Part shown: in pieces, positions 29,385 to 38,204 of the stretch
How the letters are laid out: the number at the start of each line of letters is the position of its first letter
How positions within the stretch are numbered: the stretch's first letter is position 1
From: Gemmatimonadota bacterium
Lineage (GTDB): Bacteria > Gemmatimonadota > Gemmatimonadetes > Palauibacterales > Palauibacteraceae
Assembly (NCBI GenBank): GCA_039588275.1
Contig: JBDHAC010000018.1
Location: forward strand, 1-64,000
DNA length: 64,000 nt
Reading direction: 5' to 3'
Notes under the pieces: generated by a model
Told to the model about the DNA's origin: nothing
The model's database searches: none
What the model saw: the letters and a program-made list of their open reading frames with translations, nothing else
Program-made: the position numbers and the translations under genes

Positions 29385-30494
29385 ATGAGCGCCGGTCTCC
29401 TGGCGGTCGTCGCGCTCGCGCAATCGGTGCTCGTGCTCGGCGTCCTGCTCGTCCTGGGCGCATCGCATTGGCTCGGCAGCCGACGCGACCGCCGGCACGC
29501 GGCCGAGAAGGCGCGCGTCGACGAGATTGCCCGGCGTCTCGCCACTCGCGATCTCCTCCCCGAGGAAGCGATCGACGCGCTCGATGCGCTCGGCTTCGAT
29601 AGCGTCAGCCAGTTCCTCAAGCGGTACTCCGCTCACCGGAGAGGAGCCGATGGCGAGCGCATGGTGTCCGTCCTGCGCAGGACCCGCTGGCACCGACGGA
29701 TACAGACGGAGACCGAGTCTCGCTTCTGGTGGCGCCGGCTCCAGGCGGCCCGGGCGCTCTCGAACCTGGCGGCGGCCGAGGACCTGGCCACTGTGCACCG
29801 CCTGTTGATCGATCCGGTCCCGGCTGTGCGGTTGGCGGCAGCCGACACGCTCGCACGGCTGCCTTCCCCCGCTCTGGCGGCCGCGATCCTGGATCGCGCC
29901 ACCGCCGGCCACACGGTCGTTCGGAATCACCTGCTCGAGATCCTGGCATCGAGCCGCGCCGTCGTACTGCCGGTGATGGTAACCAGGCTCGGGCAATCCC
30001 TCCCGCCCTGGCGGCTGCGCGCCCTGGTCGACCTCGCCGGACTGTTGGCTGACCCCAGGTTGTTGCCCCACGTCATCGCACATTCGGACTCGGGCCACCT
30101 CGAGGTTCGCATCGCGGCCGCGACGTCGCTACGGAGCTACCCGCACCCTCAGGCGGCAGCGGCGCTCCGCCGATTGCTACGCGACCCCGCGTGGCAGGTC
30201 CGGGCCCGCGCCGCCGCGTCACTCGGCGCGATCGAGGCGATCGAGGCCGTGGACGACCTTTGCGCGACGCTGTGCGACCGCAACTGGTGGGTGCGACTTC
30301 GCTCCGCGATCGCGCTTCGGCTGGTGGGGCCGTCCGGGGTTCACAGGTTGCGCGCCATGACCCCCGAGCTGGACCGCTACGGCTACGACATGGCGTGCTA
30401 CGTCCTCGAGTTGGACGACGCGGCCATGGCGGAGTACGTAGGCGGGGCTACGATCGACTACTCCGGCGCGCCGACGGGCGCAGTGGCGGCGTAG
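29385..30494 (+). CDS. Membrane-anchored HEAT-repeat protein
   Basis: N-terminal TM; WWRRLQAARAL, DPVPAVRLAAA, EVRIAAATSL, DPAWQVRARAAASLG, DRNWWVRLRSAIAL. Confidence 0.88.
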   Translation: MSAGLLAVVALAQSVLVLGVLLVLGASHWLGSRRDRRHAAEKARVDEIARRLATRDLLPEEAIDALDALGFDSVSQFLKRYSAHRRGADGERMVSVLRRTRWHRRIQTETESRFWWRRLQAARALSNLAAAEDLATVHRLLIDPVPAVRLAAADTLARLPSPALAAAILDRATAGHTVVRNHLLEILASSRAVVLPVMVTRLGQSLPPWRLRALVDLAGLLADPRLLPHVIAHSDSGHLEVRIAAATSLRSYPHPQAAAALRRLLRDPAWQVRARAAASLGAIEAIEAVDDLCATLCDRNWWVRLRSAIALRLVGPSGVHRLRAMTPELDRYGYDMACYVLELDDAAMAEYVGGATIDYSGAPTGAVAA

Positions 30495-30498
30495 CGCC

Positions 30499-31926
30499 AT
30501 GCCTCCGGTCTCCGTGATCGCGGCTGTCGTGCGCGGCATCGACGCGACCGTCATCTGGTACTTCTTCGCGCTCAACACCTGCTACGCGATCCTCATCCTG
30601 CTCACGATCCCGGAGCTCTGGAAGCAGTGGAAGGAAGCCACGATCGAGGATCTGGAGCGGTACATGGGCTCGGACGCGCTCCCCCCGATCAGCGTCCTCA
30701 TGCCCGCGTACAACATGGAGCCCAACATCGTCGAGAGCGTGCGGGCGCAGCTCACGCTCCGCTACCCGCACCACGAAGTCATCGTCATCAACGACGGTTC
30801 GGTGGACGCGACGCTCGAGCGCTTGCGGACCGAGTTCGGGCTGTACGAGGTGCCCCCCGCCATCCCACGCCGGATCCAGACCGAGCAGGTTCGAGGCTAT
30901 TACCGCTCGAGGGTCGCCTCGGGTCTCCTCGTCATCGACAAGGAGAACGGCGGTAAGGCGGATGCCCTCAACGCCGGTCTGTGCGCGGCCCGCTATCCGC
31001 TCGTAGTGGCGGCCGACGCGGACACGATGATCGCGGAGGACGCGTTACTCCGGCTCGCGCGCCCCTTCCTGCTCGGCGATCCTGTCGTCGCCGCGGGCGG
31101 GACGATTCGCGTCGCGAACGGGTGCGTGATCGAGCATGCGCGCGTCGTCGAGCCACGCTTCCCCCGTCGTTTCCTCGCCGCCGTCCAGATCCCCGAGTAC
31201 CTGCGCGCGTTTCTGTTTGGACGCATCGGGTGGAACCGATTGGGGGGCAACCTGATCGTCTCGGGAGCCTTCGGGCTCTTCCGGCGTGACCACCTGCTCG
31301 ACATCGGTGGGTATCACACCGGCAGCGTAGTGGAGGACCTGGATCTGGTCGTGCGCCTGCACGAGCATCTGAGGGAAAAGGGCATCGAGTATTCGATCCC
31401 GCTTCTCCCGGATCCGATCGCGTGGACCGAAGTGCCACCCGATCTCAAGACGCTCGGGCGCCAACGCGAGCGATGGCACCGCGGTCTGATCGCGACGATG
31501 GTGCAGCACCGGCGCGTCCTGCTGAACCGCAGATACGGCCCGCTGGGCTTCGTGCACATGCCCTTCTTCATCTTCGGCGAGATGGTGGCTCCGCTCGTCG
31601 AGCTCATCGGGTACATCGTCACGGTGATTGGCCTGCTGCTTGGCCTTCTCTCATGGACGCACGTGTGGCTCTTCCTCGCGGTCGCACTCGGGTACGGGGT
31701 GCTGCTGAGCCTGTGGGCGATCGTGTTCGAGCAGGCGACGTTTAGGATGTACCGGCGGCGGGGCGATTTCCTTCGGCTCGTGGTCTGCGCGTTCCTCGAG
31801 CCGTTCGGTTATCGGCAGCTCACCGTGCTGTGGAGGCTCAAGAGCTTCTGGACCGCGGCCCGCGGCAACGTCCAGTGGGGCGAGATGAAGCGGTACGGGT
31901 TCGAGACCGCGGAGAGCTCCACATGA
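30499..31926 (+). CDS. Processive family-2 glycosyltransferase (PgaC/IcaA/cellulose-synthase-like)
   Basis: PAYN, NDGS, KENGGKADALNAG, DAD, VED, QRERW; one N-terminal and about 3 C-terminal TM helices. Confidence 0.93.
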   Translation: MPPVSVIAAVVRGIDATVIWYFFALNTCYAILILLTIPELWKQWKEATIEDLERYMGSDALPPISVLMPAYNMEPNIVESVRAQLTLRYPHHEVIVINDGSVDATLERLRTEFGLYEVPPAIPRRIQTEQVRGYYRSRVASGLLVIDKENGGKADALNAGLCAARYPLVVAADADTMIAEDALLRLARPFLLGDPVVAAGGTIRVANGCVIEHARVVEPRFPRRFLAAVQIPEYLRAFLFGRIGWNRLGGNLIVSGAFGLFRRDHLLDIGGYHTGSVVEDLDLVVRLHEHLREKGIEYSIPLLPDPIAWTEVPPDLKTLGRQRERWHRGLIATMVQHRRVLLNRRYGPLGFVHMPFFIFGEMVAPLVELIGYIVTVIGLLLGLLSWTHVWLFLAVALGYGVLLSLWAIVFEQATFRMYRRRGDFLRLVVCAFLEPFGYRQLTVLWRLKSFWTAARGNVQWGEMKRYGFETAESST

Positions 31927-34718
31927 GCCTCACCGGGAGAGGATGTCGGGCCGGCTCGATCGGCCCGATCGTACTCTGGCTCTGCACTTCCCCGTTCCCC
32001 TCGCCGAGTGCCGCCCAGGATGCTTGCCGAAGCGACGGCGCAGAGGTGATCGACCGCGGCTGGGACCTGTACCGCGCGGGACGGATCGACGACGCCACTT
32101 CGCGCTTCGAGGATGCGTTGGCATGTGATCCGGCGTCGATCGGCGCACGGGTCGGACTCGCGTATGCCGCGCTGCGCAATCAACGGGAAGAAGTGGCGCG
32201 GCAACTGTTCGAGGATGTGCTCGCCGATCACCCGGACGTCGTCGACGCATACATCGGTCTCGGCTGGCTGGCGTGGCGCGGGGGTCACGCGCAGGCGGCA
32301 TTCGAGGCCGCGACGGCCGCCCTCCGACTGGATCCGACCAGCACCGATGCGCGCGCGCTGCTGGAGCAAGTCCAGGAGGTGTCACCCCAGACCCCGCCAC
32401 CCGTTGAACGGCCGGAGTGGGTCCGGCCCGACGCGGTCGAATACCCAGCCCGGACATCGGGCGACCGCTTCGAGATTCGAACGCCTGCGGGCTGGAGGCC
32501 GTTCTACATGAACGGTGTCAATCTGGGCGCGGCGCTCCCCGGGAAGCACCCCAGCCAGTTCCCCGATTCGCTGGTGTACGCGGAATGGATTGCCGAGATG
32601 GCGGCCATGGGCGCCAACACGGTGCGCCTGTATACGATCCACCCGCCCGGGTTCTATCAGGCGCTGTACCAGCACAACCTGGTCCATCCCGAGCAGGCCG
32701 TGTGGCTCGTCCACGGCGTGTGGACCGAGCTGCCGCCCAGACACAACTACCTGAACCCGGTCTGGGAGGGCGAGTTCTTCGCGGAGATGCACCGGGTCGT
32801 CGACGTGCTGCATGGGCGCACCGACCTGGCTCACCGGTCTGGGCACGCGTCGGGCACCTACACCGCCGACGTCTCCAATTGGACGCTCGCCTACATCATC
32901 GGGCGCGAGTGGGAGCCGTTCTCGGTCGAGACGTTCAACAGGCGGCACCCCGGATACACGGAGTGGCGGGGCCGCTACCTGCGGGTTCGGGCCGGTACGC
33001 CGATGGACGCGTGGCTCGCGAAGGCGTGCGAGGAGATCATCGCGTACGAGATGGACGCGTATTCGGAGCAGCGTCCCGTCGCGTACACGAATTGGCCCAC
33101 CCTCGACCCCCTCCGACACCCGACGGAGACTACCGTCCCCGAGGAGATGCGGATCCGGACGGCGCTCGGGGAGCGTGTGGAGGTCAGACCGCGCGAGTAC
33201 GACAACGACCTCGTCTCGGTGTCGGCCTTCCTGGTGGAAGCTACGGAGGAGTTCCCGGCCGGCCATTTCGCGTCCTACCACGCCTATCCGTACTACCCGG
33301 ACTTCATGGTGCTCGACCCCGAGTACGGAGAATCGACGTCGCCCTTTGGCCCGTCCAACTACTACGGCTACCTGCGGGATCTGAAGCGACTGCACCCCGG
33401 GATGCCGGTCGTGATCGCCGAGTACGGGGTGCCCGCCAGCGTCGGAATCGCGCACCTGCAGCCCCAGGGTTGGCACCACGGCGGCCACTCGGAGGCGGCA
33501 ATGGCGAAGATCGATGAACGCCTCACGCGTGAGATCGCGGCCGCCGGAATGGCCGGCGGGATCCTGTTCGCTTGGATCGACGAGTGGTTCAAGAAGAACT
33601 GGATCGTGATCGACTTCGAGATTCCGCCCGATCGCAACCGGTTGTGGCTCAATCGCCTCGACGCCGAGCAGCAATACGGGATCTTCGCGATGGAGCCCGG
33701 CTCGGGCCCGCAGGGGGACGACACTCGCGAGCGATTGGCTGCCTGGGAGGCCGTCCCGCCCACGCACGTCGGGGCCGGCATGAGTCTCAGGGCGGTCGCG
33801 GATGAGGGGTATCTGTGGCTGCTGTACGAGGCGCGCGGCGCCACATCCCCATCGCCTGAGCTGATGGTCGGTTTCGATATTGTGGATCCGTCGGCGGGAG
33901 ACTTCCGCTGGCCGGACCGAGTCGGCCCACGGCTCCCGATGGGTCTCGAGTTCGTGTTGCGGGTCACTGACGACGAGGCGCGTCTGCTGGCGGACCCGCC
34001 ATACAACCCGTTCAGGCTTCAGAGCGTGCGGAACGCGATCGACTCGCCCACCCGGACTCCACCGCTGCGGCCGGCCGATACGAATGGTGGATCCGGTTGG
34101 AGCTCGCCGCCCCGAGGTCTGTTCTCGGGGCGGCTCGAGCAGCGCTACGCGCACCCGTACGTCCCCGAAGCGAACTCGGACGGACGGTACGATTCGCTGC
34201 GCGTGATCACCAACCGTGCGCGCTTCACCCGCGCTTCAGATGAGTATCTGGCATTGGGCTACGACCGAGGCATCCTGCCCGCCGGCCCGCTCCCCGATGG
34301 GCTGTGGGAGCGGCTGCCGGCGACGAACGCCGTCGAGATCAGGATTCCGTGGACGCTGCTCAACATCACCGATCCGAGTCAGCGGCGAGTCCTGCTTGAC
34401 ACCTATCCGGCTCACCGGAGTCACCGGCCCCCGCCGGGTGGTTACGCGACCCTCGAAGTGGCCGACATCGGTGTGGTCGTGATCACGGCGGATACCGAGG
34501 GAAGCTGGCGGACCCTGCCCGCGGCAGGTGCGGCGGACCCATCCGAAGGAGTGGCACGATTCTCGTGGCCCACGTGGGAGCAGCCGCGGTGGCGGGCCCG
34601 GCGGCGACCGGTCTTCGAGGCCATGCGCCGGACGTTCGAGGATCTGAGGCCCACCGTGGTGCTGACCCCATCCGTCGGCCGGCGGGTGGGAGATGGTGCG
34701 GGAGGAGGAGAGCGATGA
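31923..34718 (+). CDS. Exported TPR plus glycoside hydrolase (clan GH-A-like TIM barrel) with C-terminal beta domain
   Basis: ATGA overlap; signal-like N-terminus; TPRs; GVNLG, GANTVRLYT, IIGREWEP, SYHAYPYYPDF, VIAEYG, FAWIDEWFK. Confidence 0.8.
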   Translation: MSLTGRGCRAGSIGPIVLWLCTSPFPSPSAAQDACRSDGAEVIDRGWDLYRAGRIDDATSRFEDALACDPASIGARVGLAYAALRNQREEVARQLFEDVLADHPDVVDAYIGLGWLAWRGGHAQAAFEAATAALRLDPTSTDARALLEQVQEVSPQTPPPVERPEWVRPDAVEYPARTSGDRFEIRTPAGWRPFYMNGVNLGAALPGKHPSQFPDSLVYAEWIAEMAAMGANTVRLYTIHPPGFYQALYQHNLVHPEQAVWLVHGVWTELPPRHNYLNPVWEGEFFAEMHRVVDVLHGRTDLAHRSGHASGTYTADVSNWTLAYIIGREWEPFSVETFNRRHPGYTEWRGRYLRVRAGTPMDAWLAKACEEIIAYEMDAYSEQRPVAYTNWPTLDPLRHPTETTVPEEMRIRTALGERVEVRPREYDNDLVSVSAFLVEATEEFPAGHFASYHAYPYYPDFMVLDPEYGESTSPFGPSNYYGYLRDLKRLHPGMPVVIAEYGVPASVGIAHLQPQGWHHGGHSEAAMAKIDERLTREIAAAGMAGGILFAWIDEWFKKNWIVIDFEIPPDRNRLWLNRLDAEQQYGIFAMEPGSGPQGDDTRERLAAWEAVPPTHVGAGMSLRAVADEGYLWLLYEARGATSPSPELMVGFDIVDPSAGDFRWPDRVGPRLPMGLEFVLRVTDDEARLLADPPYNPFRLQSVRNAIDSPTRTPPLRPADTNGGSGWSSPPRGLFSGRLEQRYAHPYVPEANSDGRYDSLRVITNRARFTRASDEYLALGYDRGILPAGPLPDGLWERLPATNAVEIRIPWTLLNITDPSQRRVLLDTYPAHRSHRPPPGGYATLEVADIGVVVITADTEGSWRTLPAAGAADPSEGVARFSWPTWEQPRWRARRRPVFEAMRRTFEDLRPTVVLTPSVGRRVGDGAGGGER

Positions 34719-36288
34719 GGAGGGAGAGCGGGATCTCACGATCCGGTGCCCTCGTGCGGCGCGCCGGCGGTAGGCTCCCACTGCTGCTGGTCGTAATGCT
34801 CGGCGGCCCGGCCCGAGCCAGTGCACAGACGGCCGGCAGCGACGAGGCGCGGGCGGACTCCGCGTGGAACGAAGGCGAATTCCAGCTCGCCGAAGCGCTT
34901 TACGAACAGCGTCTGGCGAAGGAACCCACCGACTCACGCGCCCTGCACAGACTGGCTCTGCTTCACGCCTGGGGCGAGCGGTACCAGGAGAGCATCGCCC
35001 TCTTCGACCGCCTGCTGACCGCGATCCCGAGCAACTTCGACGCCGCCCTCGATAGGGCCCGCGTGCTATCGTGGCAGTCGCAGCTCGAAGACTCGCGCGC
35101 CGCGTACACGGCGCTCACCGAGCGTTATCCCGAGAGGCGCGAAGCCTGGCTCGGTCTGGCTCGGGTGCTGTCCTGGGAGGGGCGGCTGGACTCGGCCGTG
35201 GTCATCTACGATCAGCTGTTGGAGATAGAACCGCGCGATCCCGAGGCCCTGGCCGGCCTGGCGACGATGGCCGCCTGGGACGGTCGAATTCCGGAGGCCG
35301 AGATCCGATGGCGAGAGGCGCTCGAGCTGCACCCCGACAACGTGATGCTGCTGACCGGGCTCGCCCGAACGTTGCGTTGGGCCGGACGACCTGCGGCCGC
35401 TCTCCCGGTGCTGGAGCACGCTCTACAACTCTCCCCGGATCACGCGGAGGCCATGCAGGAATTCAAGCTGGCGCGCATGTCCATAGCGCCGCGTGTGGGT
35501 CCGTCGGCCATCTACGAGAGTGATTCGGACGGGAATCACATCGCCACCTTCTGGTACGACCAGACCATGTGGCCCACGGATCGGGTGGCCCTCAACCTGA
35601 GCGGGTACGCACGGACTGCCGGGCTCGGTGACTCGGGTCTTCGCGGTGAGGCGTACAGCGCACTGCTGGAGACGCGAACGCGCGTCGGAATCGGGTGGGA
35701 GCTGGACGCCGGCGCCGGAGTTTCCGGCTCGAATCTGTCGGATCGGGGCGCGACGCTTCGACTGTCCGCGAGAGCCGCCACTCCGGGTCACCACCGGTTT
35801 CAGGGCTCCGCGCGCTACTCCCGAGACGCTTTGTATGCGACGGTGCTGTTGATGCAGAGCGGGGTGCGCACCGATGACCTGAACCTGGGTGTGCGTGGCA
35901 CCCTCGCGCCCGGGTGGCGTGCGGAGGCCTCTGCCAGTGTGGCGCGGTTCACGGGCAGCGAGACCAATCGGCGGCTGGCCGGGTTTCTGAACGTCCAGCG
36001 CCGGCTCTCTCCGACCTGGAAGGCCGGCGTCACGGTGAGGGCTTTCGGGTTCGATGAGGACCTGAACGAGGGCTACTTCGACCCGTCGCTGTACGCGCTC
36101 GCCGAGCTACAGGCGGGCTGGGCCCCCACCTTCGGACGCTGGCACGCCGGTGTGGATGTCGCACCCGGCGTCCAGAAGGTGACTCGAGGCACGAGCACGG
36201 TGAGCGGCACGGTACGCCGAACTTCTCGACCGGTGACGCGGACTATCGCTACGTCCACGTCGCGTTATCGTTCGGCTGGACGTTCTAG
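34715..36288 (+). pseudogene. TPR plus outer-membrane beta-barrel export protein (PgaA/YaiO-like architecture), frameshifted near 36217
   Basis: Signal peptide, multiple TPRs, beta strands; after VSGTVR the ORF runs out of frame to 36322, while the -1 frame encodes NFSTGDADYRYVHVALSFGWTF-stop(36288), a canonical terminal beta-signal. Confidence 0.75.
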
Positions 36289-36322
36289 GCAGGCCGCTGG
36301 AGCTCTTCAGCGGCCTGTTTAG
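36285..36322. terminator. Hairpin between convergent genes (bidirectional terminator or REP-like)
   Basis: CTAGGCAGGCCGCTGGA-GCTC-TTCAGCGGCCTGTTTAG spans both stop codons. Confidence 0.7.
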
Positions 36323-38145
36323 GGGCGGATCGTAGCCCGGCGCTCGAACCATAGGTGACGGACGCGCCCGCTGCTCGACCGGAAGCCGGTGATCTGCCTC
36401 TGATCGTCACGCTCGAATCGCACGCTCCCCAGCCACCAGACGCTCGACTCGAACCGGTCCAGCGCCACCGGGCGGAGCGGGATGTCGCCGTGCCGCCAGT
36501 GGCGTAGCACGAGCCCCTTCCCTTCCACCAGCAGCCAGTAGGTGGCCCCGAGCTCCTCGCTCACGTACCCGCCCGCGTACGCAGCTAGGTCGAGAGGCTC
36601 GGGCGGCGACTCGATCCGCTGCGACACGATCGGCTGTCCATCGCCGATGCGAACCAGCATCCGCTGCGGTTCGGACTCGCGCGGCTCGAACCAGACCCGT
36701 ATCGGAGCGTCCACGCCCAGCATGCGGAATCGATCCTCACCCAGAGGCGCCAACTCGCTCTCGTTCGAGGCGCCTCGGTTGTAGTACAGGCGGCCGCGTC
36801 TCTGGTAGATGCGCCGGACGTAGTCTCGCGTGGGGTTCCAATACAGGCCGCTCACCCGATCCAGATCTCCGCTCGACACCTTCACGGCGGGCTTCGACGC
36901 CTCACCGCCCGCCGGGCCGGAGCCCCTGACTTCGCGCGTCGCGACCGGCCCGCCCGGCGTGGGATCGGCCGCGGGCAGGAACACCTGGGCGACGCGTTGC
37001 GCGAGCGACGATGGGGAGGTGCGCGCCTCGTTGGCGAGCACGACGACGGTGAATTTCTCCTCCGGGACCATCAGGATGTGGCTGCGGAAGCCCGCATCTC
37101 CGCCGCTGTGCTCCACGTGCGGCAGGCCTCCGCGCTCCACCAGCGCAAGACCGAACGCGTACTCCAGCTCCTCTCCGTTCGTCAGGACCCCGCGCTCGTA
37201 CATCTGCCGGATGACCGCCTCGCCTCCCACGGACGGGTCGAAGAAGTTCCGTGCCCAGCGCGTCAGATCTTCGGCGGTGGTGAACAGGCTCGTGGCCCCC
37301 ACGTTCGCGTAGTTGAGCACCGCGCGCTGGTACGCACCGGACGCGGTCCGCGAGTAGGAGTAGGCGCGGTCCTTGACGACCGTCCGATGATCGTCGTGGA
37401 AATGGGTGTCCGTCATCTCGAGGGGCGCGAACACGTGCTCGCGCATCCAATCCGCGAACGGTACTCCCGTCACCGCACGCACGATCTCGGCGAGCAGTGT
37501 GTATCCCGTGTTGCTGTACACGTGCTCGGAGCCGGGGGCGAAGTTCAGGGCCTTCTGGCGTCTCACGAGGCGCAGGATGTCGGCCTGCGTGATCACGTCG
37601 TCCAGTCTCCATCCCGCCATCGTGAGGAGCGTCCACTGGTCACGTAGCCCCGACGTATGGTGGACGAGGTCGCGAATCGTGATCCGCTCCCCGAAGCTCG
37701 GGAGCTCGGGCAGGTAGCGCCGTACGTCATCGCTCAGCGAGAGCTTCCCCTGCTCGGCCAGCATGGCGATCGCGAACGCCGTGAACTGCTTCGAAACGGA
37801 CGCCACGTGGAACACGGTTCGCGGCGTGATCGGGACATCGTACTCGAGTTGCGCCATCCCGTATCCGCGGGAGTACACCAACTCGCCATCCTCCAGGATG
37901 GCAACGGCGACGCCCGGTCGGCCCGACCGATCGAAGGGTCGGAAGATCGCCTCGACACGGGACAGGCGGGTCGCGAGGTCCGGCACCGAGTCGCGCACCC
38001 CCCGAGCGGCGTGATGCCAGAACTGCGCCGCGGCCGGGGCCGCGTGCGCGAAGAGACCGGCGAGCCCGAGCAGAGCGAGGGAAGGCCGGCGCCAGGTCCG
38101 GCTGGTTCGCACCCCTCCGGCTTGATTCCTAGATTCGAACCGCAC
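36319..38145 (-). CDS. Exported serine hydrolase (beta-lactamase/AmpC-related) with C-terminal extensions
   Basis: ASVSKQF (SxxK), LVHHTSG, YSNTGY, HSGG; signal peptide. Confidence 0.9.
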   Translation of the reverse strand: MRFESRNQAGGVRTSRTWRRPSLALLGLAGLFAHAAPAAAQFWHHAARGVRDSVPDLATRLSRVEAIFRPFDRSGRPGVAVAILEDGELVYSRGYGMAQLEYDVPITPRTVFHVASVSKQFTAFAIAMLAEQGKLSLSDDVRRYLPELPSFGERITIRDLVHHTSGLRDQWTLLTMAGWRLDDVITQADILRLVRRQKALNFAPGSEHVYSNTGYTLLAEIVRAVTGVPFADWMREHVFAPLEMTDTHFHDDHRTVVKDRAYSYSRTASGAYQRAVLNYANVGATSLFTTAEDLTRWARNFFDPSVGGEAVIRQMYERGVLTNGEELEYAFGLALVERGGLPHVEHSGGDAGFRSHILMVPEEKFTVVVLANEARTSPSSLAQRVAQVFLPAADPTPGGPVATREVRGSGPAGGEASKPAVKVSSGDLDRVSGLYWNPTRDYVRRIYQRRGRLYYNRGASNESELAPLGEDRFRMLGVDAPIRVWFEPRESEPQRMLVRIGDGQPIVSQRIESPPEPLDLAAYAGGYVSEELGATYWLLVEGKGLVLRHWRHGDIPLRPVALDRFESSVWWLGSVRFERDDQRQITGFRSSSGRVRHLWFERRATIRP

Positions 38146-38204
38146 GGCGGCATTCTATGGGACGAGCGGGGTGTCCAGCCAGTCCTCACGCCCACGGAGC
38201 GCGA

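Noticed and set aside
36218..36322. ORF-track C-terminus RTSRPV..QRPV as the real end of the barrel protein
   Set aside because: Lacks a beta-signal and runs through a hairpin into the convergent gene; the other frame gives a proper ..FGWTF end
36319..38145. Antibiotic-resistance beta-lactamase
   Set aside because: HSG instead of KTG, long C-terminal domains and chromosomal context fit a generic serine peptidase/esterase
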